IMG/VR virus record: IMGVR_UViG_3300045988_182483
Location: 1-35,437 of that record
Length of the DNA stretch: 35,437 nucleotides
DNA from: a virus
Strand: one strand, 5' to 3'
Shown here: one piece after another, positions 1 to 8,600 of the stretch
Layout: each line of letters starts with the position of its first letter
Numbering within the stretch: position 1 is the first letter of the stretch
Translations under genes and position numbers: made by a program
The notes under the pieces: generated by a model
Database searches by the model: none
What the model saw: only the letters and a program-made list of their open reading frames with translations
What the model was told of the DNA's origin: nothing

Positions 1-119
1 ACGGAGAGGGAGGCCGTAGTGGTGCCGACGATAGCGCCCCCATTTTTGCCCCCATATTAAGAACATTTACACCACAGTTTTATATGTTCAATATCATACA
101 TTTTTCGCATAGCATACTC
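1..119. repeat. Left copy of exact 119-bp terminal direct repeat
   Basis: acggagagggaggccgtagtgg...ttttcgcatagcatactc is identical to 35319-35437. Confidence 0.97.
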
Positions 120-263
120 CTCTTTTTTGCCTTTGTTATAGCCCTGCACCGGGCGCAAATACCCCACAACGCGGCTGTAAACCTCACACTTGGTTCCATG
201 GCAGTTAGCTTTCGCTTTTTTCAGTTCGGCAATTTCTTTTAGTAGTTCTGCTTTTGTTTTCAT
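57..263 (-). CDS. 68-aa stand-alone protein resembling the C-terminal glycyl-radical domain of anaerobic ribonucleotide reductase NrdD
   Basis: CHGTKCEVYSRVVGYLRPVQGYNKGKKEEYAMRK matches the remembered NrdD C-terminal pattern (Cys pair, then R-V-x-G-Y, then N-x-G-K-x-x-E-x-x-x-R). SD AGAGGA upstream. Start coupled (ATGA) to the upstream micro-ORF. Confidence 0.6.
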   Translation of the reverse strand: MKTKAELLKEIAELKKAKANCHGTKCEVYSRVVGYLRPVQGYNKGKKEEYAMRKMYDIEHIKLWCKCS

Positions 264-400
264 GAGTTATCCTCTTTTTTGCATTTTTCACATGCCAACC
301 GGCAGGGTTCCCCTGTTTTCAGGCACATGTATTCCCAAAAATAGTGGTCGTATTCCGCGTATTTGCAACGCCCGCGCGCGGCAAGTTGCGTTTTATTCAT
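260..400 (-). CDS. 46-aa Cys-rich micro-ORF (MNKTQLAARGRCKYAEYDHYFWEYMCLKTGEPCRLACEKCKKEDNS), below the ORF-track cutoff
   Basis: Hand-translated. GGAG 6 nt upstream of the ATG at 400. Stop TGA overlaps the ATG of the 57..263 gene. Contains C-x3-C-x2-C. Confidence 0.45.
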   Translation of the reverse strand: MNKTQLAARGRCKYAEYDHYFWEYMCLKTGEPCRLACEKCKKEDNS

Positions 401-450
401 TTGTCACTCCTACTATCGGGCGTATATCAAGGGAATATTTTTCCGCCCAC

Positions 451-642
451 CTACTCACACACTTGCTTAAAAACCACCAACGCGCGCAGGTTTTGCTCGT
501 TTAAGGCTTCAATGCCCGCGTCTTGGTAGTCAAACTGTATGCGGCACACCGCGGCATTACTTTTTATGCTCGCGCAACCGCATAAGCAAATCAGCCCGAT
601 TAAGCCTAGCCACATGGCGCATAACTTCGTCCACTTTTGCAT
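451..642 (-). CDS. o-spanin (outer-membrane lipoprotein, Rz1-like), internal start MQKWTK...
   Basis: Signal peptide plus lipobox-like LCG|C (MQKWTKLCAMWLGLIGLICLCGCAS). Further Cys residues. Overlaps the 3' end of the i-spanin gene in another frame. Confidence 0.65.
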   Translation of the reverse strand: MQKWTKLCAMWLGLIGLICLCGCASIKSNAAVCRIQFDYQDAGIEALNEQNLRALVVFKQVCE

Positions 643-760
643 CTTCCCTCTCCTTGGCCCGCAGGGCCTTGTTTTCCGCCGCTTTACGTCCGGAGCGGTA
701 CATAACCGCCCCGAACGCAACCAATCCGCCAATAACTCCGATTATTGCCCACGGAGTCAT
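557..760 (-). CDS. i-spanin candidate (N-terminal TM plus charged helical tail)
   Basis: MTPWAIIGVIGGLVAFGAVMY followed by a Lys/Arg/Glu-rich helix. ATGA coupling to the upstream gene. Overlapped by the lipoprotein ORF. Confidence 0.55.
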   Translation of the reverse strand: MTPWAIIGVIGGLVAFGAVMYRSGRKAAENKALRAKEREDAKVDEVMRHVARLNRADLLMRLREHKK

Positions 761-981
761 TTTCCGGCCGCCTTTACTTTGTCCGCTTCAAAGCCGAACT
801 TCGTCAGCCAGCTAATCAGCTTGACGGCCACGGTGCGGATTTTTTCCACCACCGCAATAGCACGCGCGCTATCGCACCATTTAACGATAATTTCCGCCGC
901 GCCGATTAAGCACGCCCACAGGGCCAGTACGCTGTCCCAATTGGTTTTTAACCATACAACTGCTTCTTTGATGTGTTCCAT
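757..981 (-). CDS. Small membrane protein in the lysis cassette (holin/antiholin candidate)
   Basis: Hydrophobic segment VLALWACLIGAAEIIV. SD AGGAGAG. Lies between endolysin and spanins. Confidence 0.45.
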   Translation of the reverse strand: MEHIKEAVVWLKTNWDSVLALWACLIGAAEIIVKWCDSARAIAVVEKIRTVAVKLISWLTKFGFEADKVKAAGK

Positions 982-982
982 T

Positions 983-1396
983 TTACCACTCTCCTGTTTT
1001 CATAATTTCAGCGTTCAGCCGCGCGCGGTGTACCACCTGTCGGCCGTACTTGCTGTCCAGCATTTCTTCGGCGGCCTTGTCAAAGTCGCCGGATTCAATA
1101 GCGGCAAGCATTTTTTTGAAGCCTTTTAAGCCCGCTTGGCCCATATTGAAAGCCATATCCACTAGCACAAATTGCCGTGCGTCGTCCAGTTTCCACCACC
1201 ATGGGAACGAGTCTTTGACGGCTCGTTCCGCGCGCGCTAAATCCTCTTGCAAGATAAACTCAGCAGCGGCCGCGCTGATACCATTTTCCAAATTATGCCC
1301 GTAGCCAATGGTTAAATGGCCTGTGGGGCACTTGTAGGGGAGTTTTGAAAAACCCTCATAGCGGCGCAAGTAAGCCGCTGCTTTTACGTTATCCAT
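983..1396 (-). CDS. Endolysin, T4-lysozyme-like (GH24) muramidase
   Basis: YEGFSKLPYKCPTGHLTIGYGHN fits the E-x8-(D/C)-x5-T catalytic triad. No N-terminal TM. SD GGAGG. TAATG coupling to the upstream gene. Confidence 0.88.
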   Translation of the reverse strand: MDNVKAAAYLRRYEGFSKLPYKCPTGHLTIGYGHNLENGISAAAAEFILQEDLARAERAVKDSFPWWWKLDDARQFVLVDMAFNMGQAGLKGFKKMLAAIESGDFDKAAEEMLDSKYGRQVVHRARLNAEIMKTGEW

Positions 1397-1626
1397 TAGT
1401 TGCCTCCGTTGTGGCGTTGTAAAATAAACCCTTTAATGGTTTTTACGTCGTCAAGTATAATATCCACCTTAACGTCGGTTTCCGTCATTTTGCGTTCGTG
1501 TTCGGCTACCATGCGCTCTAACTTATCCACCCGCGGAGGCAGACCGTAAATGGTAAAGCACCAAAAGGCCACCGCACCAATCACTCCCGCCAGCCACACC
1601 CAACCTTTTACTGTGTCTGGGTTCAT
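1396..1626 (-). CDS. Holin candidate (single N-terminal TM, charged C-terminus) immediately upstream of the endolysin
   Basis: WVWLAGVIGAVAFWCFTIYGL. SD GAGGAGG. Position. Confidence 0.5.
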   Translation of the reverse strand: MNPDTVKGWVWLAGVIGAVAFWCFTIYGLPPRVDKLERMVAEHERKMTETDVKVDIILDDVKTIKGFILQRHNGGN

Positions 1627-1742
1627 AAGACCTCCTCGGTTTGGGGTTCAGCCGGAGCGGATACCTCCGGCACCCCGCGCAACGGATTAGCCAAAGCCGC
1701 CCATTGTATTTTTTCCACATGCATATTTATTTTTCCCTTTTT

Positions 1743-3344
1743 TTATTTAATTTCCATTTTAGGAGTGTTTACATCAAGCACGCCTGTCGCCAGTAAGTCT
1801 GGTAAAACGCTTAAACTATTGCATCGCATATTAAACACGCCCGTTTTGCCTGTGCTTGTGCTTTTCTGCTTTACGCCTAAGAAGTAATCTTTGTCGGTAA
1901 AAGTAAAATGCCGTTGATAACTAAAACCAATAGCCACACCGTAGCCGCAGATACTTTCGTCATCCGTATCTACTCTTAACGCATTACCATTTTTTGCGAA
2001 AACCATAAGGCCGCCTATTCTGCCGTCAGTGCCGCTAGTAGAAAGTACACTTGAGTCTTTCAAACCAACGGTATCGTTTACAGAAAAAGCGCCAGTGTTT
2101 TTATTATATTCAAGCACTCCGTCTTGGCCATAAATCGGGCATATCCACGAAAAAGTGCCGTCACCATTGTTCGCTACTTGGAATTGCACCCCCGTCACAC
2201 TCGCGCTTACTGTTGAGGTACCGCCGTAAAAAGCACAGATGTTCTGTACCCTAGCAGAAAAAACAGACAGCATATTTTCCGGGGAGTACAGCGTAATTCT
2301 ATGAAACATACCCATGCTATAAATGCTAGTTGAGGTGTTTTCGTTTTCAATTTGGCTACCCACTAACAGCTGGCTCCTAGGCTCAAAAAATGCCGTGCTA
2401 ACTTTACCAGATATGTTTTGAAAAGTCTGTACCGTTTCGGCATCAAAATCGTATTTGATTTTGCGGTAGCCAAAATCGCTGGTAGGTGCGATACCGACAA
2501 AGTCAGTTCCCTCAATAAAAAATAATTGATTGTAATAAAAACTGCTCCAGCTCGCGTTCAGTTCCTTTGCTAACGACACGCTACCAATAGTCGTGCCGGC
2601 TTGCGCGTTCCAAAACACATACTTATCGCCGTCGTTAGTCGTGGATAAGCTTTGTCCCTGCGTATCTTGCGCGGCTACCGTCGCGGTCGTCGTTATATCG
2701 TGTTTTAAGGTTAGCGTTCCGGCTACTTTGTCAATTTCGTAGATGTGCAGTTTATTGTCATCAATATCCGTAATCAAAAATCTTTCGTTTTGGGAAATGC
2801 CCAAAGCACGCATACGAGAGGTACTGCTCGCCGCCGGAAGAGTAATCGTAGAGGTCGCCGCTAAAATAGCCGCGTCAATCGTGTTATAATCGCCGTTGCG
2901 TACATAGCTTAAAGTGTTCGCCGCTTGGTCTAAAATGATAACATCACCCATTTGGCCTTTTTTAGCATTGCAATATTGGAAAGTATATCTTTTGCTATTG
3001 TTCGTGTTTTCCACCGCCGTTATTAATTTCCCAATAAGCGCGGTTTTCTGTCCGTCAATAACAAGGCTGTTTACTTTATCCGCCATAGATACCAGAGTGT
3101 CCGTCGGCGCACATTCTACCCCTTTTTCGTTCAACCGTTGCGCTAATAAGTTTTTACCGATAGAGGTGGCCAGCGCAAGTTCTGTTAGTGCGCCTTGGGT
3201 GTTTAAGTCCGCCACTTTTTGTGCCAGCATAGATACCGGCACTCCCTGTGCTTCGTCTTTATCGGCTTGCGCCACCGCCAAAATATCCCCGTTGTTCAGG
3301 GCCGCGGCCCTATTCAGTTCGTCTATTTGTTTTGTCGTTGCCAT
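1743..3344 (-). CDS. Tail fibre / receptor-binding protein (distal)
   Basis: 533 aa, last structural gene before lysis. Ser/Thr/Gly/Asn-rich beta-type composition. SD AAAGGAG. Confidence 0.6.
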   Translation of the reverse strand: MATTKQIDELNRAAALNNGDILAVAQADKDEAQGVPVSMLAQKVADLNTQGALTELALATSIGKNLLAQRLNEKGVECAPTDTLVSMADKVNSLVIDGQKTALIGKLITAVENTNNSKRYTFQYCNAKKGQMGDVIILDQAANTLSYVRNGDYNTIDAAILAATSTITLPAASSTSRMRALGISQNERFLITDIDDNKLHIYEIDKVAGTLTLKHDITTTATVAAQDTQGQSLSTTNDGDKYVFWNAQAGTTIGSVSLAKELNASWSSFYYNQLFFIEGTDFVGIAPTSDFGYRKIKYDFDAETVQTFQNISGKVSTAFFEPRSQLLVGSQIENENTSTSIYSMGMFHRITLYSPENMLSVFSARVQNICAFYGGTSTVSASVTGVQFQVANNGDGTFSWICPIYGQDGVLEYNKNTGAFSVNDTVGLKDSSVLSTSGTDGRIGGLMVFAKNGNALRVDTDDESICGYGVAIGFSYQRHFTFTDKDYFLGVKQKSTSTGKTGVFNMRCNSLSVLPDLLATGVLDVNTPKMEIK

Positions 3345-3345
3345 A

Positions 3346-3921
3346 CTATGCTCCTTTCGTCAATTTCAAATTTTTTATTTCTTCCCAATCTGCCCATACT
3401 TTCAGCTTTCCACAAGTTAAACTTGGCAGTTCTTCCGCGCTGTTGTGCAGGGTAAAGTTTTTACCGTTTACCGTCAGCACCATTTGTTGGCCGTCTTGTT
3501 TTAACAAAACGCTATTCCAACCGGCAAGCAGCGTGCCGGCAGGAAGGTTCTTCCACCTAGGCACAGTGTCCCAAGCAAAAGCAAACGCCAAGGTGGCGGC
3601 TTCGCTTTTTACACGCACCACTCCCGCCAGTTCAAACAAATAGTGCGTACCGGCATTTTGCGGCTTTACGGCAAACTGTATTTCAAACGGGGCACGCCCC
3701 AACGCGCTTAAGCTTAAATGGTCACACACCACTTGCGGTGTATTTCCAAAGCCCCAAAAATAGTTTTTTCCAAGGCGCAAAAACACGTTCTTTTTGGCCA
3801 ACAGATATTTGTTATAGTCCGGCATCAGCATTACCAATTTATTATTAAAATAAGCGGTAGTAAATTCCTTGCCGTCCAAATAGGCTTTTACATATTTTTT
3901 CCCATTCAAAAAAATCGTCAT
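3346..3921 (-). CDS. Tail-fibre-associated protein, possible lectin/jelly-roll fold
   Basis: 191 aa between two fibre genes. Beta-rich sequence. Function inferred from position only. Confidence 0.4.
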   Translation of the reverse strand: MTIFLNGKKYVKAYLDGKEFTTAYFNNKLVMLMPDYNKYLLAKKNVFLRLGKNYFWGFGNTPQVVCDHLSLSALGRAPFEIQFAVKPQNAGTHYLFELAGVVRVKSEAATLAFAFAWDTVPRWKNLPAGTLLAGWNSVLLKQDGQQMVLTVNGKNFTLHNSAEELPSLTCGKLKVWADWEEIKNLKLTKGA

Positions 3922-3930
3922 AATAGGCCC

Positions 3931-5601
3931 TTATTTTATTTCTTCTTCAATTAAAGAAAGTTCGCGGGTGGGTTTTTCCACCAAGGCATCCCAAGCGTCG
4001 CGCGTATAAGTTTGCACGGTAATAAACCCGCCGTTGTGTTTTATCATTCCCTCAATGGCATTGGCGGCCACCACCCACGGGTAGTTATACTGGTTATCTT
4101 CTTCATGCAACCCCAAACACGGCACAAACCACATAGTGACCGCATCTTTATAACCGTTCAATGCGTAGGTATCATTTTTTTTCACACGCAGGAAGGTAGC
4201 ATTGGCGGAGCCGTTATTGTGTTTGCTTTTGTTGCTTTTGTTTAATGGGAAAGTGACTCCGTTGATAGTAATTTGTCCGTATCCTTCCCCATAGTTCCAG
4301 CTATATACCAACAAATAGCCGTCTTGGCTAACCGTACCGCTTCTGCCCGCGTCTTTGGTTTTACTCCAATCCGGCGCCGTAGCCGTCACCAAAGCCCCGC
4401 TGGAAGCGGTATGTCTTTTTAATGTCGGCAAACGCAAGTTTCCATCTGCCTCGTCGTCTTTTATATAAAAGGGCACTTCCCCGTTTTTTGCCAACAGCTC
4501 CTCGTACTCTGCTTTTGTTTTTTGTAATTCCGGATGCGCGGCCACAAATTTGTATAAAGCCGGCCAATAAGTTTTAGCGTCTTCTACCCGTTGGCCGGTC
4601 CATGCGGGCAAGGCCCCCGCATTATCCGCCGGCAACGCGCTTTGGCTTTGGTAAACCTCGCCAATTTGTTTTGGCACAAAAGTTTCCGCGCTTGCTTTAG
4701 CCGCCTCGGCACTTTTTGCGCAGGCCGCGGCGCTCTGCTGGGCCTGTTGGGCCGCCATAGCGGCTTGTTGTGCAACTTCGCCCCCCGGCATAGTCAACGT
4801 GTCCGAGAACATAAACACCAATTGGTCCCCTGCTGTTAGCGGGGTATTAAACCGCACCGTATCGCCGTAATCATCCCCGCTTTGGGCCAGTTCTTGGCTT
4901 ACTACTTCCACATAATCTTTATCCGCGCCTTGGCGCAGCAGTTTACCGTTTACAAATACTTTTAAGGTACACCCGTCTGCCTTATAGGATTCGTTCAATT
5001 TTACCTCTGTCAAACCGCCGTCATAGTTTAGGCTTGGGGTTCCCGCGTCGTAATACTCCACGGTGGCATATAACTTTTCGGCCTGTTCGTAGGCTTCCAC
5101 GGCGGCCTTAATAGCCTTTTGCGCTTCTTCACGGGTTATATCTGTCTGCTTCAAAATATCACCGTATAACGCGCGCATATCACTTATTAAAGTTTCCACG
5201 GTGGGGTTAGCCTCGTCCGTCACTCCTACGGCCACGGTGCGCGTTAAACGCTCGCATACTTCTTGCGCAATCATGGTTAGTTTATCTAACGATTTTTCCA
5301 AACTCTCTTTATGCAGTACGGCCTGTTGGATAAGGTCATTTTCTTGGGTGGGTAATGTTTGGCGGTATAAAGTTAGGCGCGCACCTTGGGGCAAAGGGGC
5401 TTCTTCTCCCTTTGGATAAATCAAAAATGCACGGCTGGTATCTATTTGTGTTTTATCACTCACATCCGTTTCCGCGCCGTTTTGGTCGGTCAGCAGGGCG
5501 CGCACATCCCCCACGCTTAAAAACGGGAACGGTATTTCAAAACGGCGGTTTTGTCCGTCACCTTGGTATATTACTTTTGTTTTAGTGGTAGAGATACTCA
5601 T
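3931..5601 (-). CDS. Tail fibre/tailspike with T7 gp17-like N-terminal tail-attachment domain
   Basis: N-terminus KVIYQGDGQNRRFEIPFPFLSVGDVRALL...ARLTLYRQTLPTQ is the usual podovirus fibre adaptor pattern. Ala/Gln-rich coiled segment. SD AAGGAG. Confidence 0.7.
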   Translation of the reverse strand: MSISTTKTKVIYQGDGQNRRFEIPFPFLSVGDVRALLTDQNGAETDVSDKTQIDTSRAFLIYPKGEEAPLPQGARLTLYRQTLPTQENDLIQQAVLHKESLEKSLDKLTMIAQEVCERLTRTVAVGVTDEANPTVETLISDMRALYGDILKQTDITREEAQKAIKAAVEAYEQAEKLYATVEYYDAGTPSLNYDGGLTEVKLNESYKADGCTLKVFVNGKLLRQGADKDYVEVVSQELAQSGDDYGDTVRFNTPLTAGDQLVFMFSDTLTMPGGEVAQQAAMAAQQAQQSAAACAKSAEAAKASAETFVPKQIGEVYQSQSALPADNAGALPAWTGQRVEDAKTYWPALYKFVAAHPELQKTKAEYEELLAKNGEVPFYIKDDEADGNLRLPTLKRHTASSGALVTATAPDWSKTKDAGRSGTVSQDGYLLVYSWNYGEGYGQITINGVTFPLNKSNKSKHNNGSANATFLRVKKNDTYALNGYKDAVTMWFVPCLGLHEEDNQYNYPWVVAANAIEGMIKHNGGFITVQTYTRDAWDALVEKPTRELSLIEEEIK

Positions 5602-5613
5602 TTTATTTGCTCC

Positions 5614-8600
5614 TTATTCTTTGGTATTCGTGGCAATATGGGCGCGGTTTTCGGTGTAGCCCAGCATTTGCAAAAATCCGCGCATTGGGTTTTCGCCGCC
5701 GGCAATATCGCCGGCGCCGGTATAAAACCCCTTGGCATATTTGGTAGGAAGCCCGCCGATTAACTGCCCGCTTTCCACTAGCATATTCAAAACATCCTCG
5801 GCGGCCAAATCGTCCTTTACGGCCGTTTGTCCCATTTTGAACAGGTCACTTACTACCGGCAGTTCCGGGCGTTCCATACGCACTTTATGGTCAAACATCT
5901 TTGCTTTAGCCACTTCTGCGGCCGTTCCCACGGCCATATCCAGCACAGGCAAACAACCGGCCATTTGCACAAACGGGCTAAAAAACAGTTCGTCTGCCAG
6001 AATTTCGTCCGCATCATCGTCGTCATAGTACCAAGCTAAAATTCCCAGCGTCGTCAGGGCAGAGTACATCCACGAGTTAAACAACCCGTAAATAGCCACC
6101 ACCTTGGCCAGTTGCGCGCGGGAAATTTCCCCGCGTTGGTATTCATAAATTGCGTCGGCAATTTTGCGTGCGTATTGGGCGGGTGTATTCTTAAAGGCAA
6201 ACAGGCCGCGCACGATAAAGTTCATATCCCGCGCCTGCAAGGTAGATAAACTGCTGCGCGTATTGGCCTGTTGGCTACGCAGGGTGGACTTTCTAAACTC
6301 GGCAAACGCTTCCTTTTTACTCATTCCCTTGGTCTGCATTAAATAGTCCACATACGGCTTGCCGCCAAACATAATAGCGCCCACGTCGCCTAAGCGCGTA
6401 TTAATTGTTAGTAAGTCTGTAAAGCGCAGGAATTTGCCCCGTGCCGTAAGGGCGTTGGCATCGGCGGTGGCGCGGGCCAAAGCCTCGTTCATAGAACCGC
6501 TTTCATACCGCGCTTTCAAATACGGGTCGCCAGACATCATAAATTCCACCGTTTCTTTGGGGTGCATAATGGCCTTGGTAAATCCGCTTACCCATTGGGT
6601 GGCCGGCATATTTTCCGCATAGTTTATAGAGGAAATCAACTGCTTTACGGCAATCGTCGGTTTTAAGGCAATCGCGCCCTTTACATAGTTGTTAGTCAGC
6701 CAATCGCCCAGTTTGTCCATTTCGTAATTAAGCCGCGGCTTGCTTACGCTAAACTGGTCAATGAGTTCCAGCATACGCTTATAGCAGTCCTCGCCCACCT
6801 GCTCAATAATCGCGGGTTTTAACACCGGGCTTTTGAACACGCGGATAATTTGGTTTAGCTTTTCCGCCTTAAAAGTGTAATCGGCCGCGCGGTCAATATG
6901 GGTAAACAAAATGCCAAAGGGGTTTTCCAGTTTCATTTGCACAAACGCGCTGCTCGCGCGCATTTTGGTAAAAGACGGGTTTTTGCTCATAGCGGCCGCG
7001 GCGTTCAAAAAGTCCAGTTCACTTTCCACGCGCTCCGTTTTACTGGGGAAATAATTTTCCACGCGGGGCAAATCGTAGCCGCGTTCTTTTACAAACACGC
7101 TGTTAATTTGCGCGTAGGTTTTTTCCGCCTCTTTTTGTAAAAAATCCCCCAAGGCCCTGTCCTGCTTATCTAGCAGGGCAAACATATCGTTTAATTGGCC
7201 CCCGTACTGGTTTAATAAGCGGTCCATTAAGTTATCGTTCTTGGCATAGATATAGGCCGTAATAATTTGCAGTTTGTTCAGTTCCTCGGGGAAGGCTTCG
7301 CCCGTGCGCTTTATGGCGCCGGGGTTGGTGTTTTTATCCACCAAGGCATAGTTGGTAAACGTATATTTTTCGTTGCGTAAGGCGTTCATTTTGTTTTGTA
7401 CCTCGCGGTTGCTGCCTAGGCCGTAAATACGCTTTACGCCGTCCATAATTTCCGTTCTGCGCTGCCAAGTGTAGGTAATGGTATCGGCTTCCAAATTAAG
7501 CATGGAGTATTTTTCCTTGGTTTCTTTATCTGTCACCATATCCAAGAAACTTTCCCAGTTGGCTATCCAACTGGCGTACATCTGCTTTAACTTGCCGGCC
7601 TTTTTATTCTTTTTGATAGCGCCCAACACTTCGCTCTTATCCTGCTCGGTGCGAAAGTCTTTAATCATTTTTTCCAAAATTTTAGCCTCTCTGCCGGCTT
7701 TACGCAGGGAGTGAATATCCTCGTAGGCTTGCTTAAACAGTTGGCAGGTCACGTCCTTGCGCGCATAAGCCTGTATGGAAAGCATTTCGTTAATAATTCT
7801 ATCAATCAGGCTGTTGGGTTTATCTACAAGCATACGGTTTTGCAATTCGTCGGCGGCGCTTTGCGGCCCCAAATGTGCTACGCGCCGTAATTCTTCCAAG
7901 GCGCTCATAGTCGTTGGGTCCGTCATGGCGCGGCGGAAATTGCCCCGGCGGTCAAACAAGTTCATATTCAAAAGGGCTTGGATTTTTTTATTCATATACT
8001 GCTTGTAATTGTCCTCTTGAATTTCGCGCGTTTGTTTTATCAGTTCGTCTATCTCGTGTTTCCAAAGTGAGCGTTGGCGGCTAGCGCTGCGCGCGTACTT
8101 GGCCACCAAGCGGCGCACTTGGTCGCTTTCCAACCCGCCTTGTTTACGCAGTACGCTTTCCATAGCCCGCATTAGGGCGGCTTCCAGTTTGGGCTCCGCC
8201 TCTTTTAACACCTTTTCGGCCGCGGTGCGCCGGTGGGCCACTTCTTCGTCTGTCAGATTTTCATAAAGTTTCAGTTGCCCGCTGGAGGCCATATTCAGCA
8301 CGCGCCAAGCCTGCTGTATCTTTTCGTCCACATGTCCGATAGATTCGCTATAAGCGCGCAAAAGTTCGGCGCGCACGTTGTCCCAGTTGGTATTGGGCAA
8401 ATCGGTGCGGCGGCGTTCCTCCTGCCCCTCGTTCGTGCGGTCATAGGCGTCTTCCAAAAAGTCCAACGCGCCCGCGGCCGCGGTTTGTATTTCTTCAAAA
8501 GTTTTGGCCTTTTCCAACTGTTTAATTAAACCGTCTTTGCCCTCAATTTGCCGCTTGTTGAGTTCGGTAATTAAGTGGCGCTTAATCTTGCGGGCCGCAT

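Noticed and set aside
1523-1720. 65-aa minus-strand ORF and a CCGGAG-N7-CTCCGG hairpin (1652-1670) in the 116-bp gap between the last fibre gene and the holin candidate
   Set aside because: The ORF overlaps the well-supported 76-aa gene out of frame and is Arg/Gly/Trp-rich nonsense-like. The hairpin has no T-run, so I could not call it a terminator. It is possibly just an inter-module spacer.
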